Positions 35,511 to 49,060 of a stretch of 64,000 bases of DNA are shown here, one piece after another. Origin of the DNA: Octopus bimaculoides (Eukaryota); NCBI RefSeq assembly GCF_001194135.2, contig NC_068984.1:144664850-144728849 (forward strand), read 5' to 3'. Both the position numbers and the translations under genes were made by a program. The notes under the pieces are model-generated. The model ran no database searches, was not told where the DNA came from, and saw only the letters and a program-made list of their open reading frames with translations. Position 1 is the stretch's first letter, and each line of letters starts with the position of its first letter.

Positions 35511-38500
35511 CCAAAGTCCCTCAAATTATACCCTACCCTCTTAAAAACACAAAACAAAACATTGGACAATGGAGTCCTGAATATATGAAATTGGCAGGAT
35601 GGTCAAGATGGGAATATCATTGGTCACAAATCTCAATCAGGTTTGGTTGGTCTGGAGCTAAACAACACCAATGGTAACAGGTTCTTGCAGTTTTGGTCTT
35701 TAGAGAATGAAAGTTAAGGTCAACTAAGGCAGGATTGGGAATCAAGAAGAAATACAAGAAATGTCAAAAGACAAAATGTCTCAGAGCTACTAATTTCTGT
35801 TAAGTCACTACATTAAGGAAGTAATAGGCGAACAATCAGTTCAGTCAGATCCATTGATAATCGGATACAACAACAACAACAAGAATGTAAGTACAATGAC
35901 AACAATCCACAATGCGACAACCACAAAGATTCTTTATTTATAACACAGCTGACTCATGCAGCAGTAATCTGTCTGCCTGTTTTGTTATTCTGTGTCTGTT
36001 AACTATTCTCAGTCTGTCTCTTTTACTCTCTGTCAATTCATGAAGACTGCCTAATCTTTCTCAGTCAATTACAACAATAACTTATAAAAATAAAACAGCA
36101 AAATGACCGAGGAATTTACTTAGAACTTAAATCAGCTGACACAAACAATGTTGATCTATCTTTCTAAATTCTTTATTAACAAACCAAACCACATCTTTTC
36201 TCTTCTCGCATTTCCACTTTAAACACTATGCTTACCCCCAACTCCCCAACCCTGTCCTCTTGGCCCTGTCTCACTGTATCATTGCTATCTGCTAACCCTT
36301 GACCTGTGTGTTCCACTCACACTTATCAAGAAAACTTTACGCACATATCCTGCTCCAAGAAACCAATCTCTTCATCCCTTCTCTTCCTCACATTTCCTCC
36401 TTCATCCACTATGTCCACCTCTCCCCAATCCTGGCCTCATGGCCCTGTAACTCCCAGATGAGTGGGAGCACTAAAAGGTGGAGGATCAAATATGTGCAGT
36501 TCTACTCTTATATAAGTACAGCAGATGAGTGACTAGAGCTGTAGTTAGAAAAGTGATGGAGGGAAGGGGTAGGGGAATTTTTTCAGGAATAGGTTGGGTA
36601 TGGGTGGAGGAACAGACATAAAGTGATATGTTTTTGCTTTAAGGATTTCATTTTTGCTTAGATGGACAGGTCATCTCAACTACAGCAAATCAGCAACCAT
36701 CTCAGTCCTTAGTCCTCCATGAAAGCCAACATTTGGAAGTCATTCTTCACTATTTCATCCTATATCTTCCTCTTTCACAACTTCCATCCACTTTTAGTGA
36801 CCGGCATTTTTTTATGCAGCTGTTTACCATCCATTTTCATGACATGACCAAACCAGTGCATACTAGATCTGATGCCTCTTATACCCAATTTTTCTCTCAG
36901 CACATTTGAACATTGTACCATGCATATGGCACACTCATATTGCACATCCAGTGGAGAATGCTAGCTTCATTTTTCTCTGGCTTTCATTTGAACTCAGCAT
37001 TCATGGCCCACATTTCACCACCATGTAGCATTGCTGTTTGTATACAAGCATCACGTAATCTTCCTTTCACTATACTAACACACACACACACACACACAAA
37101 GCCGAAACGTTGTGTTAACAACAAACAAGATGAGGGCAAATATCTGTCAAATGTAAATAATGTAAATAATGTACCTGGTAGATTAGTTCTGTATCAGTCA
37201 GTGGAACAGATAATTCCACGTTAGTCACTGAAAGTGAGACAAGAAGCTCCAAATAAGAGAGACAAAGGACCTGTTCACTTTTCAGTCATTTTGTCTTTTA
37301 TTGTTCTCCTGTGCACATACTTTTGGCTTCCAATGCTGTCTTTCTTTGATTTATTGCTGCTTCCTGACCCCCCCCCCCCNNNNNNNNNNNNNNNNNNNNN
37401 NNNNNNNNNNNNNNNNNNCACCTCTTTTACCTTTTTCCAATGAATTGTTCTGCACCTGAGCACTGTATACAATAAGCTCAGGGTTATGCAAGAAGATGCA
37501 GGGAAGAATATGTTGGAATTAAAATGGTAAATAGTAGACAGAAAGGAAGAATAAATACATAAGAGTGAGTCAGGAGTTGTAGAAACACCAAGTTGATTTA
37601 TGGGTGGAAGTAAACTGAGGAAAAACATAGATAAAAACAAGATAAAAATATTATATATATATATATATATATAGATATGCAGGGCAGGGAATCATCAATT
37701 AGTAATAAAATTAATAATTAACAATTTCTGCCGGGTAGCTCAGTATGAAAAAACCTTTTTCGGTAAATAATTTATAATCATAAATATATAGGGATTGACA
37801 GTAACCTGCTTCTCCAACATACTGAGAATTCAGAAATAGCAGTCAAAGAACTACTGATTTCAAAACTACAAATTATTACTCCAGATTGATAGCGATATTT
37901 TTGATACACACAGAACAAAAAACAATAGAGAAGAGCAAAAAACACTTGCCTTTTAGTTAATTTAGTACAATTGTTTCACAGTTAAGAGTACATAATACTC
38001 TATTCTGATCTTCAGCTAAATATTCTAATAAATTTCTAATAAAATAANNNNNNNNNNNNNNNNNNNNNNNNNNNNNNNNNNNNNNNNNNNNNNNNNNNNN
38101 NNNNNNNNNNNNNNNNNNNNNNNNNNNNNNNNNNNNNNNNNNNNNNNNNNNNNNNNNNNNNNNNNNNNNNNNNNNNNNNNNNNNNNNNNNNNNNNNNNNN
38201 NNNNNNNNNNNNNNNNNNNNNNNNNNNNNNNNNNNNNNNNNNNNNNNNNNNNNNNNNNNNNNNNNNNNNNNNNNNNNNNNNNNNNNNNNNNNNNNNNNNN
38301 NNNNNNNNNNNNNNNNNNNNNNNNNNNNNNNNNNNNNNNNNNNNNNNNNNNNNNNNNNNNNNNNNNNNNNNNNNNNNNNNNNNNNNNNNNNNNNNNNNNN
38401 NNNNNNNNNNNNNNNNNNNNNNNNNNNNNNNNNNNNNNNNNNNNNNNNNNNNNNNNNNNNNNNNNNNNNNNNNNNNNNNNNNNNNNNNNNNNNNNNNNNN

Positions 38501-41327
38501 NNNNNNNNNNNNNNNNNNNNNNNNNNNNNNNNNNNNNNNNNNNNNNNNNNNNNNNNNNNNNNNNNNNNNNNNNNNNNNNNNNNNNNNNNNNNNNNNNNNN
38601 NNNNNNNNNNNNNNNNNNNNNNNNNNNNNNNNNNNNNNNNNNNNNNNNNNNNNNNNNNNNNNNNNNNACTACACAGAGGATTCCAAGGTGGCAAACACAA
38701 ACCAAGACAGGAAGAAATGGACAGTGAAAACAACATTCAAAAGCCGTACGGCCAAACGCAAATCTGAGGTAGAACGCTAGTAGTTCGTCTTGCCTTCACA
38801 GCGGCTGGAGTGAAAAGAAAGTTGACCACAGGTCACACGAGAGCAGAGAGGATGGTGGAGGGAGGAAGTGGAACAAGGAGGAAGGGACAGAAGGGTATAG
38901 CAGTGAAGTAGAGGCCAGGACAGAGGTATAGATAGAAAGATGGAGGAAGACAGATAAATAGATAGAAAGATAGATAGATTATATATATATATATTTCTAT
39001 GTGTGTGTGTGTGTATAAAGAAATCTTAAGCAGTTGGTCACACAAACCGAATTTTGTATACAAGATAAGGTGAAACAGTTGTTTATGTCACTTCCTGACA
39101 GTGAGCCAGGTAAGGTTTCAATAGCTGACAGATTAATTACAGGTGAGAATGGCAGAACAGTCACAAGACAGGAAGGAATATCACGTGAACAGATGCGTAG
39201 AACACTTTACAGCAGGAATATAGACCATTCCACCAATAAGAGACAAAATAGTTGTGTGTAAATATCTGGCAATTGGCCAGGAAATATTTACTACCTGGTT
39301 GAGTAATCTGTCATCAGGTTTAATGCTCGCACCTAGTCTCAGGTATTTGAAACAGAGTTGGGCGTCAAGCAATTGGATCAGGTCCTTACTATGAGATTAA
39401 GGTCTTCTCTGATATCTCCTTTCAATCTCACAAGCCTTACAAAAAGTCATGGGTATTGCCTTTTTCCATTTTGATTAACCCAGAAGTACTCGGTCATTTT
39501 CATACCATTTGAGGGGACACTGCAGACCAAATCTCTGTTGCATTGTTAATAGGAAAAAAAAAAAAAATACTGTGTGGTAGGAAACTTTTTTCCCAACCAC
39601 ATGGTTCCGAGTTCAGTCCCACTGTGTGGAACCTAGGGCAAGTGTCTTCTACTATAGCCTTGGACCGACCAAATCCTTGTGAGTGGATTTGGTAGATGGA
39701 AACTGTCCCCAAGACACCTAATGAAGGCTGGAGGGTATAATCAGCCGAAACGTGTTAACAGCAAACAAGATGAGGACAAATATCCGTCAAATGTAAATAA
39801 TTCCTCATCTCTTAAATACAGAACTATATAGTGTTGGTTTGTTTATGTCCCAGTAATTTCTTACTACACAACCATGCCTGTACTTCCATATCTTTTATAT
39901 TCTTTTTTTTTAGTCATTAACTCCGGCTCCCTCTTCTTCTGTCCAAGTTGTAAGGCTTTTTACATGTCGTCTTTGTCCTGTTTGAATTAAAAGACCATTC
40001 ATATTTCTTGTGAAGCTACATACAAGCATCTGTAAAATGGTTGGCATCAGGAAGTTTCTAGCTGTACAAACCATTCCAAAACCGACAATGGAACCTGGTG
40101 CGGCTCCTGGCCTTGCCAGCTCCTGTCAAGCTGTCCAACCCATGCCAGCACGGAAAAACAGACATTAGATTATGATGAGAAGTAGCTTTCCAACTTAGCC
40201 AAGTGTTTTGTGGTCACATCAGAAAGTCTATAGAACCACTTAGAATATTTCGCTGACATTTGATGAAAAACATGTTTTGGTAATATCATATTGTGTCAAC
40301 ACTCTCCTTTGTCTGGTCTGTCTCCTTCTATTGTCTGTACTGTCTAATTGCTTTTGTCATTCCCAGATTTCCTTGTAAACCCTTGATGAAATGCATTCCA
40401 CATCTTCACTACGCCCTTCCCCACCTCTCTCTCCATTTTTGGGGGGTTTTCTTTATTTTTACTATCTGCAAGTCTTGTATGATCTCATTCTAACTTCTTT
40501 ACATGCATCTTCCACATATATCTTAATACATGCAGTTCCCATTGCTTTTCATTATATACACCTACCACCATCATCGTTTGATGTCTGCTTTCCATGCTGG
40601 CATGGGTTGGATTACATATGCCTATATATATCATCATCATCATTGCCGTCATAGCTTAACGTCCATTTTCCATGCTGGCATGGGTTGGATGGTTTGACTG
40701 AGGACTGGCAAGCCAGAAGGCTGCACCAAGTTCCAATCTGATCTGGCAAAGTTTCTACAGCTGGATACTCTTCCTAACGCCAACCACTCCAAGAGTGTAG
40801 TCGGAGCTTTATACTTGCCACTGGCACAAGGGCCAGTTAGGCAGCACTGGCAACAGTCATGCTCGAATGGTGCTTTTTATGTGCCACTAGCATGGAACCA
40901 GTCAGCTGGCACTGGTGCCGTTCGTGCTCAAATGGTGCTTTTTATTAAGAAATATTTGGCATGTTTTAGTCAAGGAGAGTTAAGTGTTGATTGTTGCTTC
41001 CACTTCTACCAGGACATAACTTTATGCACTTGGTGACTTGTTTATTGGATACACACACACGTGCACATACACATGCATGTGCATACACACACACGCATGC
41101 ATGTGTGCAAACACAGACACAAATTTAGAAGGATGAATTGTAAAGCTGTTTGCTTCCATTTCATTTTTAATAACTTAATTTTTTCTAATTTTTGGCACAG
41201 GGCCAGCAATTTTGAGGGGAGGGGGAAGTCAATTATATCAACCCCCAGTGCTTAATTTGTAATTATCTTATCGACCCTGAAAGGACAAAAAGTAAAGTCA
41301 ACCTTGGTGGCATTTTGACCCAGCACA

Positions 41328-42629
41328 TATGGGAAGGTACCCAAAAGTGACAGGAAACGTTTTCTCTGGGATAAGCATGTTGTAGTTCAGGCTTCTGCCA
41401 CTAGAGTCTACTTGGTGCAACCCTTGGACATCGGTCTACCAATTGTGTGAAATCACACCGTCACATGGTAAGCCTTTGTTTTGCTTGTTGATTTTTGCAA
41501 TGGCCGAAATAAAGGAGCAGCATGCTTCTGTAAAATTCTGTTTTCTGCTGGGGAAAATAGCAGCCGAAACAGTTGTCATGCTTCAAAAAACTTACAAGAA
41601 TGCTGCCATGAGCAAAACACAAGTTTATGAGTGGTTTTAATGCTTTAGGATTGGTCACTTGTTGCTTGAAGACCAACCGTGTTCGGAGAAACCGTTCACC
41701 TCTCAAATGAATGAAAACATCATGAAAATTCATGAACTGATCTTGGAAGACTGTTGCCAAACAATCGATGAACTTGTTGATATGACTGGTGTGTCCTGGA
41801 GTTCCTGTCAACGAATTCTGAGTGAGGAATTGTGAATGTATAGACTTGCAGCAAGATTTGTGCCTCACTTGCTCACGGAAGATCAAAAGCAGTCACGACT
41901 GAATGCTTGTCGTGAACTGAGAAAAACAGTTGGAAGTTGATCCGGGCCTTTTTTTCCAAGGACATCACTGGTGATGAAAACTGGTGCCATGGCTACGACG
42001 TGGAAACAAAGCAGCAATCAAGACAGTGGAAGTATTCAATGTCACCACGTCCCAAAGAAGCGTGTCAAGTGAAGTCCAATGTCAAGACGATGCTGGTTTC
42101 TTTGATTGATGCGAAAGGAACTGTCCACACAAAATTTTTTCCTCCTGGTTAAATTGTTAACCAGACATTTTACTTGGCAACTCTGAAGTGTTTTTGAGAT
42201 ATGGTGAAACGAAAACGCCCTGACCTGTGTCAATGTGGAGAGTGGTGGTTTCATCATGACAACGCGCCTGCACACACTGCTTTGAGTGCAAGACAGGTTT
42301 TGACTAAAAATGGCATGGCCCTGCTTACCCACCCTCTCTGTTCACCTGATATTGTTCCCTGCAACATTTTTTGTTTCCCCCAAATGGACAAAGTTGTTAA
42401 AGGAAAACATTTTGTAAATGTGGAAGAGGTGAAGAAAAAACGAAGGAGGCATTAAAAGGTGTCACTTTGCAAGAATTCCAGGACTGCTTTGAACAGTGGA
42501 AAACACATTTGGACCAATGCATTGCTTCGAATGGAGAATACTTTGAAAGCGATAAAAGAGTAAACATGTAAAAATAAGCAAATAAAATAATATTGCAAAA
42601 TTTCGGTTTCTTTTGGTTACCTCGTTATA
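41328..42629 (+). mobile_element. Full-length degenerate mariner (DD34D-type) DNA transposon
   Basis: Disrupted ORF from ATG 41500 to TAA 42571: MAEIKEQHASVKFCFLLGK..., ITGDENWCHGYDVETKQQS, WWFHHDNAPAHTA, HPLCSPDIVPCN. Contains stops and frameshifts; degenerate TIRs (ggtacccaaaagt / ttttggttacctcg). Confidence 0.92.
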
Positions 42630-43137
42630 AAGTCAGAAGAAATGTCAGTAAGTTCTTTGATGCCAACGATTTGGCCAGCTGACTTTCCTACAACTTACTT
42701 AACAATACTTTCTACTATAGGCACAAAACCAGAAATTTTGAGGGGAGGGGGCATGTCAATTCTATTGACCCCAGTACTCAACTGGTACTTGATTTATTGA
42801 CTCTGAAAGGACAAAAGCAAAGTTGCCTTCAATGGGTGGAATTTGAACTCAGAATGCGAACACGATGAAATGCTGTTAAGCATTTTGCTCTGCATGCCAC
42901 TGATTCCACCATCTTGTCATCCTACAACTACTTAACGATCATAATTATTACTTTCATTTGGTTTTTCAGTGTATACTATGTATACTTAATTTCTTCCTTT
43001 CTTTCCTTTTGTTTTTAATCATTTCATTATGTGTAAACCCCCACACTTTAAGTCTGTCTTTGTATTGTCCCCCTTATCCTTCACCCTTGTGACAAATAAA
43101 TGAAATCATCATTATTATTATTATTGTTGTCGTTATT

Positions 43138-45790
43138 ATGAAAGACTCTCGGGTAGTTCTTAATTACCGGTTATTCTTTACTTGAAAGCAGGCAACAAAA
43201 AATCACCAAAGGTGTCAAGTAGTGCCTTCTTCTCCTGTGACTCAAAGAGACAATACTCTCCTTAGAATGCGAGCTGTACCCAACAATGCTGTCTTCTGGA
43301 TCACTTCAAGCCTGACAGGAACTCCAATGTTCTTAATATGGTTTACAAAGCTCCTGAAAACTATTCCTAATGTTCCAGTTACCACCGGTATCACCATTAC
43401 TTTCCTCATGCCCCATAACTTTCTTATCTTGTCCTGCAGTGGCTGGTATTTCTCAGTCTTTACTGTTTCCTTACATTTCACCCTCGAATCACCTGGTACT
43501 ACAACATCTATTATCTTTACTTCTTTTTCATCTTTATGGATGAGCACAATATCTGGTCGTCTCGCCTCTATAAACTGGTCGCACTGCATGTTAAAATCCC
43601 AGAATATTTTATAAATGTTCGTATTCCATTACGCCCTCTGGCTCGTGTTCATACCACTGTTCGGCTCTTTCGAGGCTTGCTTTACTGCACAACAGCCAGT
43701 GGACATATCTGGCCATATTGTCATGTCTCCTTTTGCACTTGCGTTGTGCGAACTTACAGCACTCACTAACAATATGACATACTTTCTCTCTTCTCAAAGC
43801 ACATCCTACACTGTGGCAAGTCTGCTTTTATCAATGTTCTGAGGGCTTGTTCTTGAGTGCTGCCTCAGTGGGACCTTTTAAGTCTCCTTTCTGCAGCCAT
43901 TGTCAGGTTCTATTCCAATCAATCTCATCTTTATTCTTCAAGAACTGATTGTGCATTTTCTTGTCCTGCCAAATTTTCTTCATCTGCTCTCTCTGGTCTT
44001 TCTTTAATTGTGTTGGATCTACGGCTTTGTTCCCTTTTAAGGTTCCCCCGCATTTTCACTACTTCAATCATTTCTTCTTTACTCCCCTTGATACACCAAA
44101 CCAGGCTATTCTCCTCTTCCCTTATACAACTTTCACAACATAGAAATCCCTGTCCTCCTTCCCTCTTTACAAACAATCTTGACACATCATTCTTGGGGTG
44201 TAGTTCCTTGTTCATTGTCATTGATTTACGGCCTATCTCTTGTAATTCATGCTTTTTCCAAGATACTATTCCTGCCCCATATCTCATCAAAGCAACCGCC
44301 CACGTGTTAATTGCTCTAATCTTATAGCGTCCGTTTAGCTTTGATTGGAGCACAAGCTGAGTTCCCCTCAAATACTCTTTCCTGTACATTTCTTTCATCT
44401 TGTGACAGACTGTTCCCCCTGAAAGATTCCTCTTTTGATATTTACCACTCTCAGCTTATCTTCCCATGTTGTTTGCCAGTTTGCCACATTGCCATTGAGT
44501 TTTATATTAACTTCAGGATATTGTGGGAGACCTTAAGCAGTTTAAAGCATTCAATAATCTACGAGCGGGGGACCATGTCATATGCTTTCCTGTAGTCCAC
44601 CCATACCATCGCCAAATTTTCGTGTTTCTTCTTGCAATCAGCCAGGATAGTCTTATCGATTAGGAATTGATCCTTCATTCCTCTGCTCTTACATCTACAC
44701 CCTTTTTATTCCACTGGTAGTAGGTCGTTCTCATCTAGGTGCTTATAGACTATGTTTGATATGAAGCCCATCATCAGTTTGCACATCAGTGGCAAACAAG
44801 ATATTGGTCGGAAATTCCCAACCGCATTCCCTTTACTTGGGTCCTTCTGGCATAATACTGTTCTTCCTTTTGTCATCCAGGCCGGTACTTGGACGTCATT
44901 ACTCAGTATTTCATTCATCTGTCTCGCAATTCTTCTGTGCAGAGGTGTCGGGTTTTTAAGCCAAAATCCCTGAACNNNNNNNNNNCTGTCTCGCAATTCT
45001 TCTGTGCAGAGGTGTCGGGTTTTTAAGCCAAAATCCCTGAACCCCATCTGGGCCAGGCGCTTTCCAGTTAGGAATTTTCCTGCATTGATCTCTAATCATC
45101 TCCTCGGTTATTCTCAAATCCTCCTGCTAATACTCTCCATTTTCCTCTTTGAGTGTCTGCTTTAGTTTTGTGTTGTTTCTCCTCAGACCATATGTTTGAC
45201 CAGAATCTTTTGCTTCCTTCAGATTTCGGCACAACTTTTTCACCTTTTTCTTTCCCATCCAGTTCCTGATAGACTCGTTTCTGTTTTTGTTCGAAAAGTC
45301 TGTTTAATCTGTATTGATCAACACTCTCTTCATATCTCTTTAGTTTATGTACTTTAGCTTTCAACCTCTGTTTTAATTCCTCATTCACAACATTGATTCC
45401 CTTTCTCTTCACCCAATATTCTTCCTCCCTAGCTAAACATGTTTCTCTCGCTGAACTTCATTTCTTTTTTTCCGTTCCAGATTACTAATATGTTTTCTGG
45501 TCTCATTAATAGATTGCGTTATTCTCCTTTTCCACCATGGTTCCTTCAGGTTATATTGACATTTACCTTTGGCTTTCAAACCTAACTTCCGGATTATAAA
45601 GATCGAGATTGCATTCATCAGATTGTTGGTGTCTGTGATATTATCGGTCCTGATGTCACCAGATATCATTTATCTTCCTAACCCGTTCATTGAGTTTCTT
45701 TCTGTCGACTTTTTTAAAGCTCTGTTCACCAGAGGTCCAAAATCAATGATTTCATTTAAAATGGATATCTCTTCCTTGATTCTCTCATTG
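43138..45790 (-). mobile_element. R4/Dong-clade non-LTR retrotransposon relic (partial RT, CCHC knuckle, restriction-like endonuclease)
   Basis: [46 protein letters not shown], and the RLE region RRPDIVL..IIDVVVPGD..EKYQPL..QKTALLGTARILRRVL. Both ends abut (TAA)n; many stops. Confidence 0.9.
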
Positions 45791-45821
<31 letters not shown>

Positions 45822-46938
45822 TTTCCAGAGGATTGGGCAAAATGTCTGTCAATATCTGTTCCAGGTCTTTGCATTTTGCCATTAACGCTTGTCTGAACTG
45901 GTACTGACGCCAAGTTTGTCAACTCAAATTGATAACCAATCAATGGCATGGATGGATCACTGCTAGTTTTCCTCAAAAAAAGAAAAAAAATCGCTCAGGT
46001 TTGCACACAGATGTGTAGATGTATGGTCAACCTTGACTGATGGCTTCTCATCCCTACCATTGCTATCTTCTTTCCAGATACTCCCACTGACCCCTGTCTA
46101 AAGTTGGGTGGCCCCATAGCTTTTTTACAGCAAGACACCTACGTTTGTTTCTCTATCATACTTTGGCCTCTTAACACCTGGAAAAAAATTATCCCATCTC
46201 TGAAATACTCTCCTCACCACTTAGTTAAAGGGCCTTTCCTTCTTTGGCTCTTTTCCTGTTTTGCAGGTTACTTGGCAACCCCACTAAGGCCAGTGGCATG
46301 AAAACAACAACAAAAAAAGAAACATCCAAAAACATCCGGCAGACACTGTGAAGTGGTTGGCATTTGGAAGGGCAGCCAGACAAACCATGTCAAAGCTGAT
46401 ATTTGAGCTTGATACAGCCTCGCAGCTTGCTGGATCCTGTCAACATGGAAAACAGACAGGAAATAATGATGGTGATGATATATGCATGATTTCCATTTGT
46501 AGATTTCTAATATTATATATATATATATATAATAATAATATTAGGGACAAAATCCAAAATTACAGGTAAAAACTCAATTAAAATCAATTTATAAAAAATT
46601 AAAATTAAATTGAGCTTTATAGATAAAATATATATAAAATATATAGTTTTAGGGAAAATAACCANNNNNNNNNNNNNNNNNNNNNNNNNNNNNNNNNNNN
46701 NNNNNNNNNNNNNNNNNNNNNNNNNNNNNNNNNNNNNNNNNNNNNNNNNNNNNNNNNNNNNNNNNNNNNNNNNNNNNNNNNNNNAGCTGTGTGGAAAGAA
46801 GCTTGCTTACCAACCACATGGTGCTGGATTCAATCCCACAGTGTGGCACCTTGGGCAAGAGTCTTCTACTATAGCTCCTGGCTGACCAAAGCATTGTGAG
46901 TGGATTTGGTAGCTGGAAACCGAATGAAGCCCATCATT

Positions 46939-46975
<37 letters not shown>

Positions 46976-48201
46976 ATACCTATGTGTGTGCCCCACCACT
47001 ACATGACAACTGGTGTTGGTTTGTTTATGTCCCTGTAACTCAGTGGTTCAGCAAAAAGAAACTGATAGAATAAGTACCAGGCTTTAAAAAAAAGAGTACA
47101 GGGCTTAATTCATTTGACTAAAAATTCTTAAAGGTGGTGCCCCAGCATGGCCGCAGTCTAATGACTGAAAGATATAAATGCTAAATGACAAAAGAGGTCA
47201 TATATTATTATTATTATCATTATTATTATTATTATTTTAAATATTAAGTCATTATACATTCATAATGTGGTTATATTTTCATATTTTTTTCTATTCTATA
47301 CAATTTCCAGACAAGTCTTGTCAACATACTTTTTGCTGCATTCCTCAGTACCTAAGTGACAAGACAAATATCCCCAATAAAAACAACAGCTATCACTTTC
47401 GTGACCTTAACCTCTCCCATGTGGTCCACTGCAAACATCACATTGGTCAGTGTTGAAGCAAGAGGTGCAGCTATGTAAGAAACAACAACAAAGAGAGGCT
47501 TAAGCATACGAAGTATACTTTATTCTGACCCAAAACTTTATTTGCTATTACAACAAGTGCGACTGCTTGGCAGTTGCTGCACAGAATTGGATATGAATTT
47601 CTTGTTGTTGTTGTTGTTATTCAATATCTACCCCTCTTCTACAATCTTCATTGCAGCATAACTTGCATAATTTACTTAGTGCAAAGTTGGATTGCAGTTG
47701 CATCGCATATGTTTATGCATGTATGTATGCACGTATGCACGCACGTATGTATAAACTTTTTGACACACACACGCACATTTGCAGCAGTCTAATCTAATAT
47801 ACAAAGCATCCTGAAACATGTTGCAGCAGCCAATATGTAGGTGCACTACATTCACTTGGTGCATACTAGTTGTGCAGCTAGCTGCAAGCTTCCAGCTGTA
47901 ATTGTCCTCATTATGACTCACACTTCAGATCGTTGACCTCTCCTTGAGCAACACAAGCAGGCAGGGAAGAGTGAACGAGTGGTAGGCAGAGGACATGTTG
48001 CTTTTAGAGAGAGAGAGAGAGAGGAGGGGGAGGGGAGGGGAGGACGTCCTCATTGTTTTTGTTGTGTGTGTGAGGAGGAGGAGGAGGAGGTGAAAGAAAG
48101 AGCAAGAGAGAGGGGGAGAGAGTGTGGGTTTTTTTCTGTTATTAATTTATGAGATAATGATTAGAGTGCAGACACACATACGCACATTAATGTATATGCA
48201 T

Positions 48202-48237
<36 letters not shown>

Positions 48238-48712
48238 GTATTTGTGTGTGTGTGTCTATGAGAAATAAGTAAGCTGTGAAGTGAAAGACGCCCATACACA
48301 TAAATGTGCAAACGTGTGGGTTTGGGTCATGTTATGCAAGTATGAGCGGACATTGACCTGACGGAGGAGGGTGAAGGTTTCGGAAAGGGTATGGTGTGGG
48401 GAAGTTCCCCCAGCTGGGACTAAATCACAGAAAAAACACACACACACACACATGCACACACGCATTGGCATCATGGCCGTTTTAACTTCCTCCTTTCCAT
48501 GCTTTCACAGATTGGACATTGCTGTCTTACTTGTTTGTAATTTGACTGTGGCCATGCTGGAGCACCGGTTTTAGTCGAGCAAATCGACCCCGGGACTTAT
48601 TCTTTGTAAGCTTAGTACTTATTCTATCGGTCTCTTTTGCCGAACCGCTAAGTTACGGGGACGTAAACACACCAACATCCATTATCAAGCGATGGTGGGG
48701 TGACAAACACAG

Positions 48713-49060
48713 GTTATAGGATCGCGGTTTCAATTCCCAGACCGGGTATTGTGAGTGTTTACTGAGCAAGAACACCTAAAGCTCCACGAGGCTCCGGCAG
48801 GAGGGGGGGTTGGTGGCGAATCCTGCTGTACTCTTCCACCACAACTTTCTCTCACTCTTTCTTCCTGTTTCTGTTGTGCCTGTAATTCAAAGGAGCCAGC
48901 CTTGTCACACTCTGTGTCACGCTGAACCTCCCCGAGAACTACGTTAAGGGTACATGTGTCTGTGGAGTGCTCAGCCACTTGCACGTTAATTTCCCGAGCA
49001 GGCTGTTCCGTTGATCGGATCACTGGAACCCCCCTCGTCGTAAGTGACAGAGTGCCAACA
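48713..49060 (+). mobile_element. SINE family D, 5'-truncated copy (partial copy at about 14925-15060)
   Basis: B-box-like GGTTTCAATTCC; segment AAGGGTACA..TGTCTGTGGA..CTCAGCCACTT is shared with 14949-15000. Confidence 0.6.

Noticed and set aside
39034-39372. Overlapping ORFs on both strands
   Set aside because: Several plausible frames and splice sites, none distinctive; cannot be called without homology data.
44919-45042. Direct 57-bp duplication in the LINE (similar cases at 29510-29640 and 58927-59060)
   Set aside because: Identical copies on either side of a 10-N gap indicate contig overlap, an assembly artefact.
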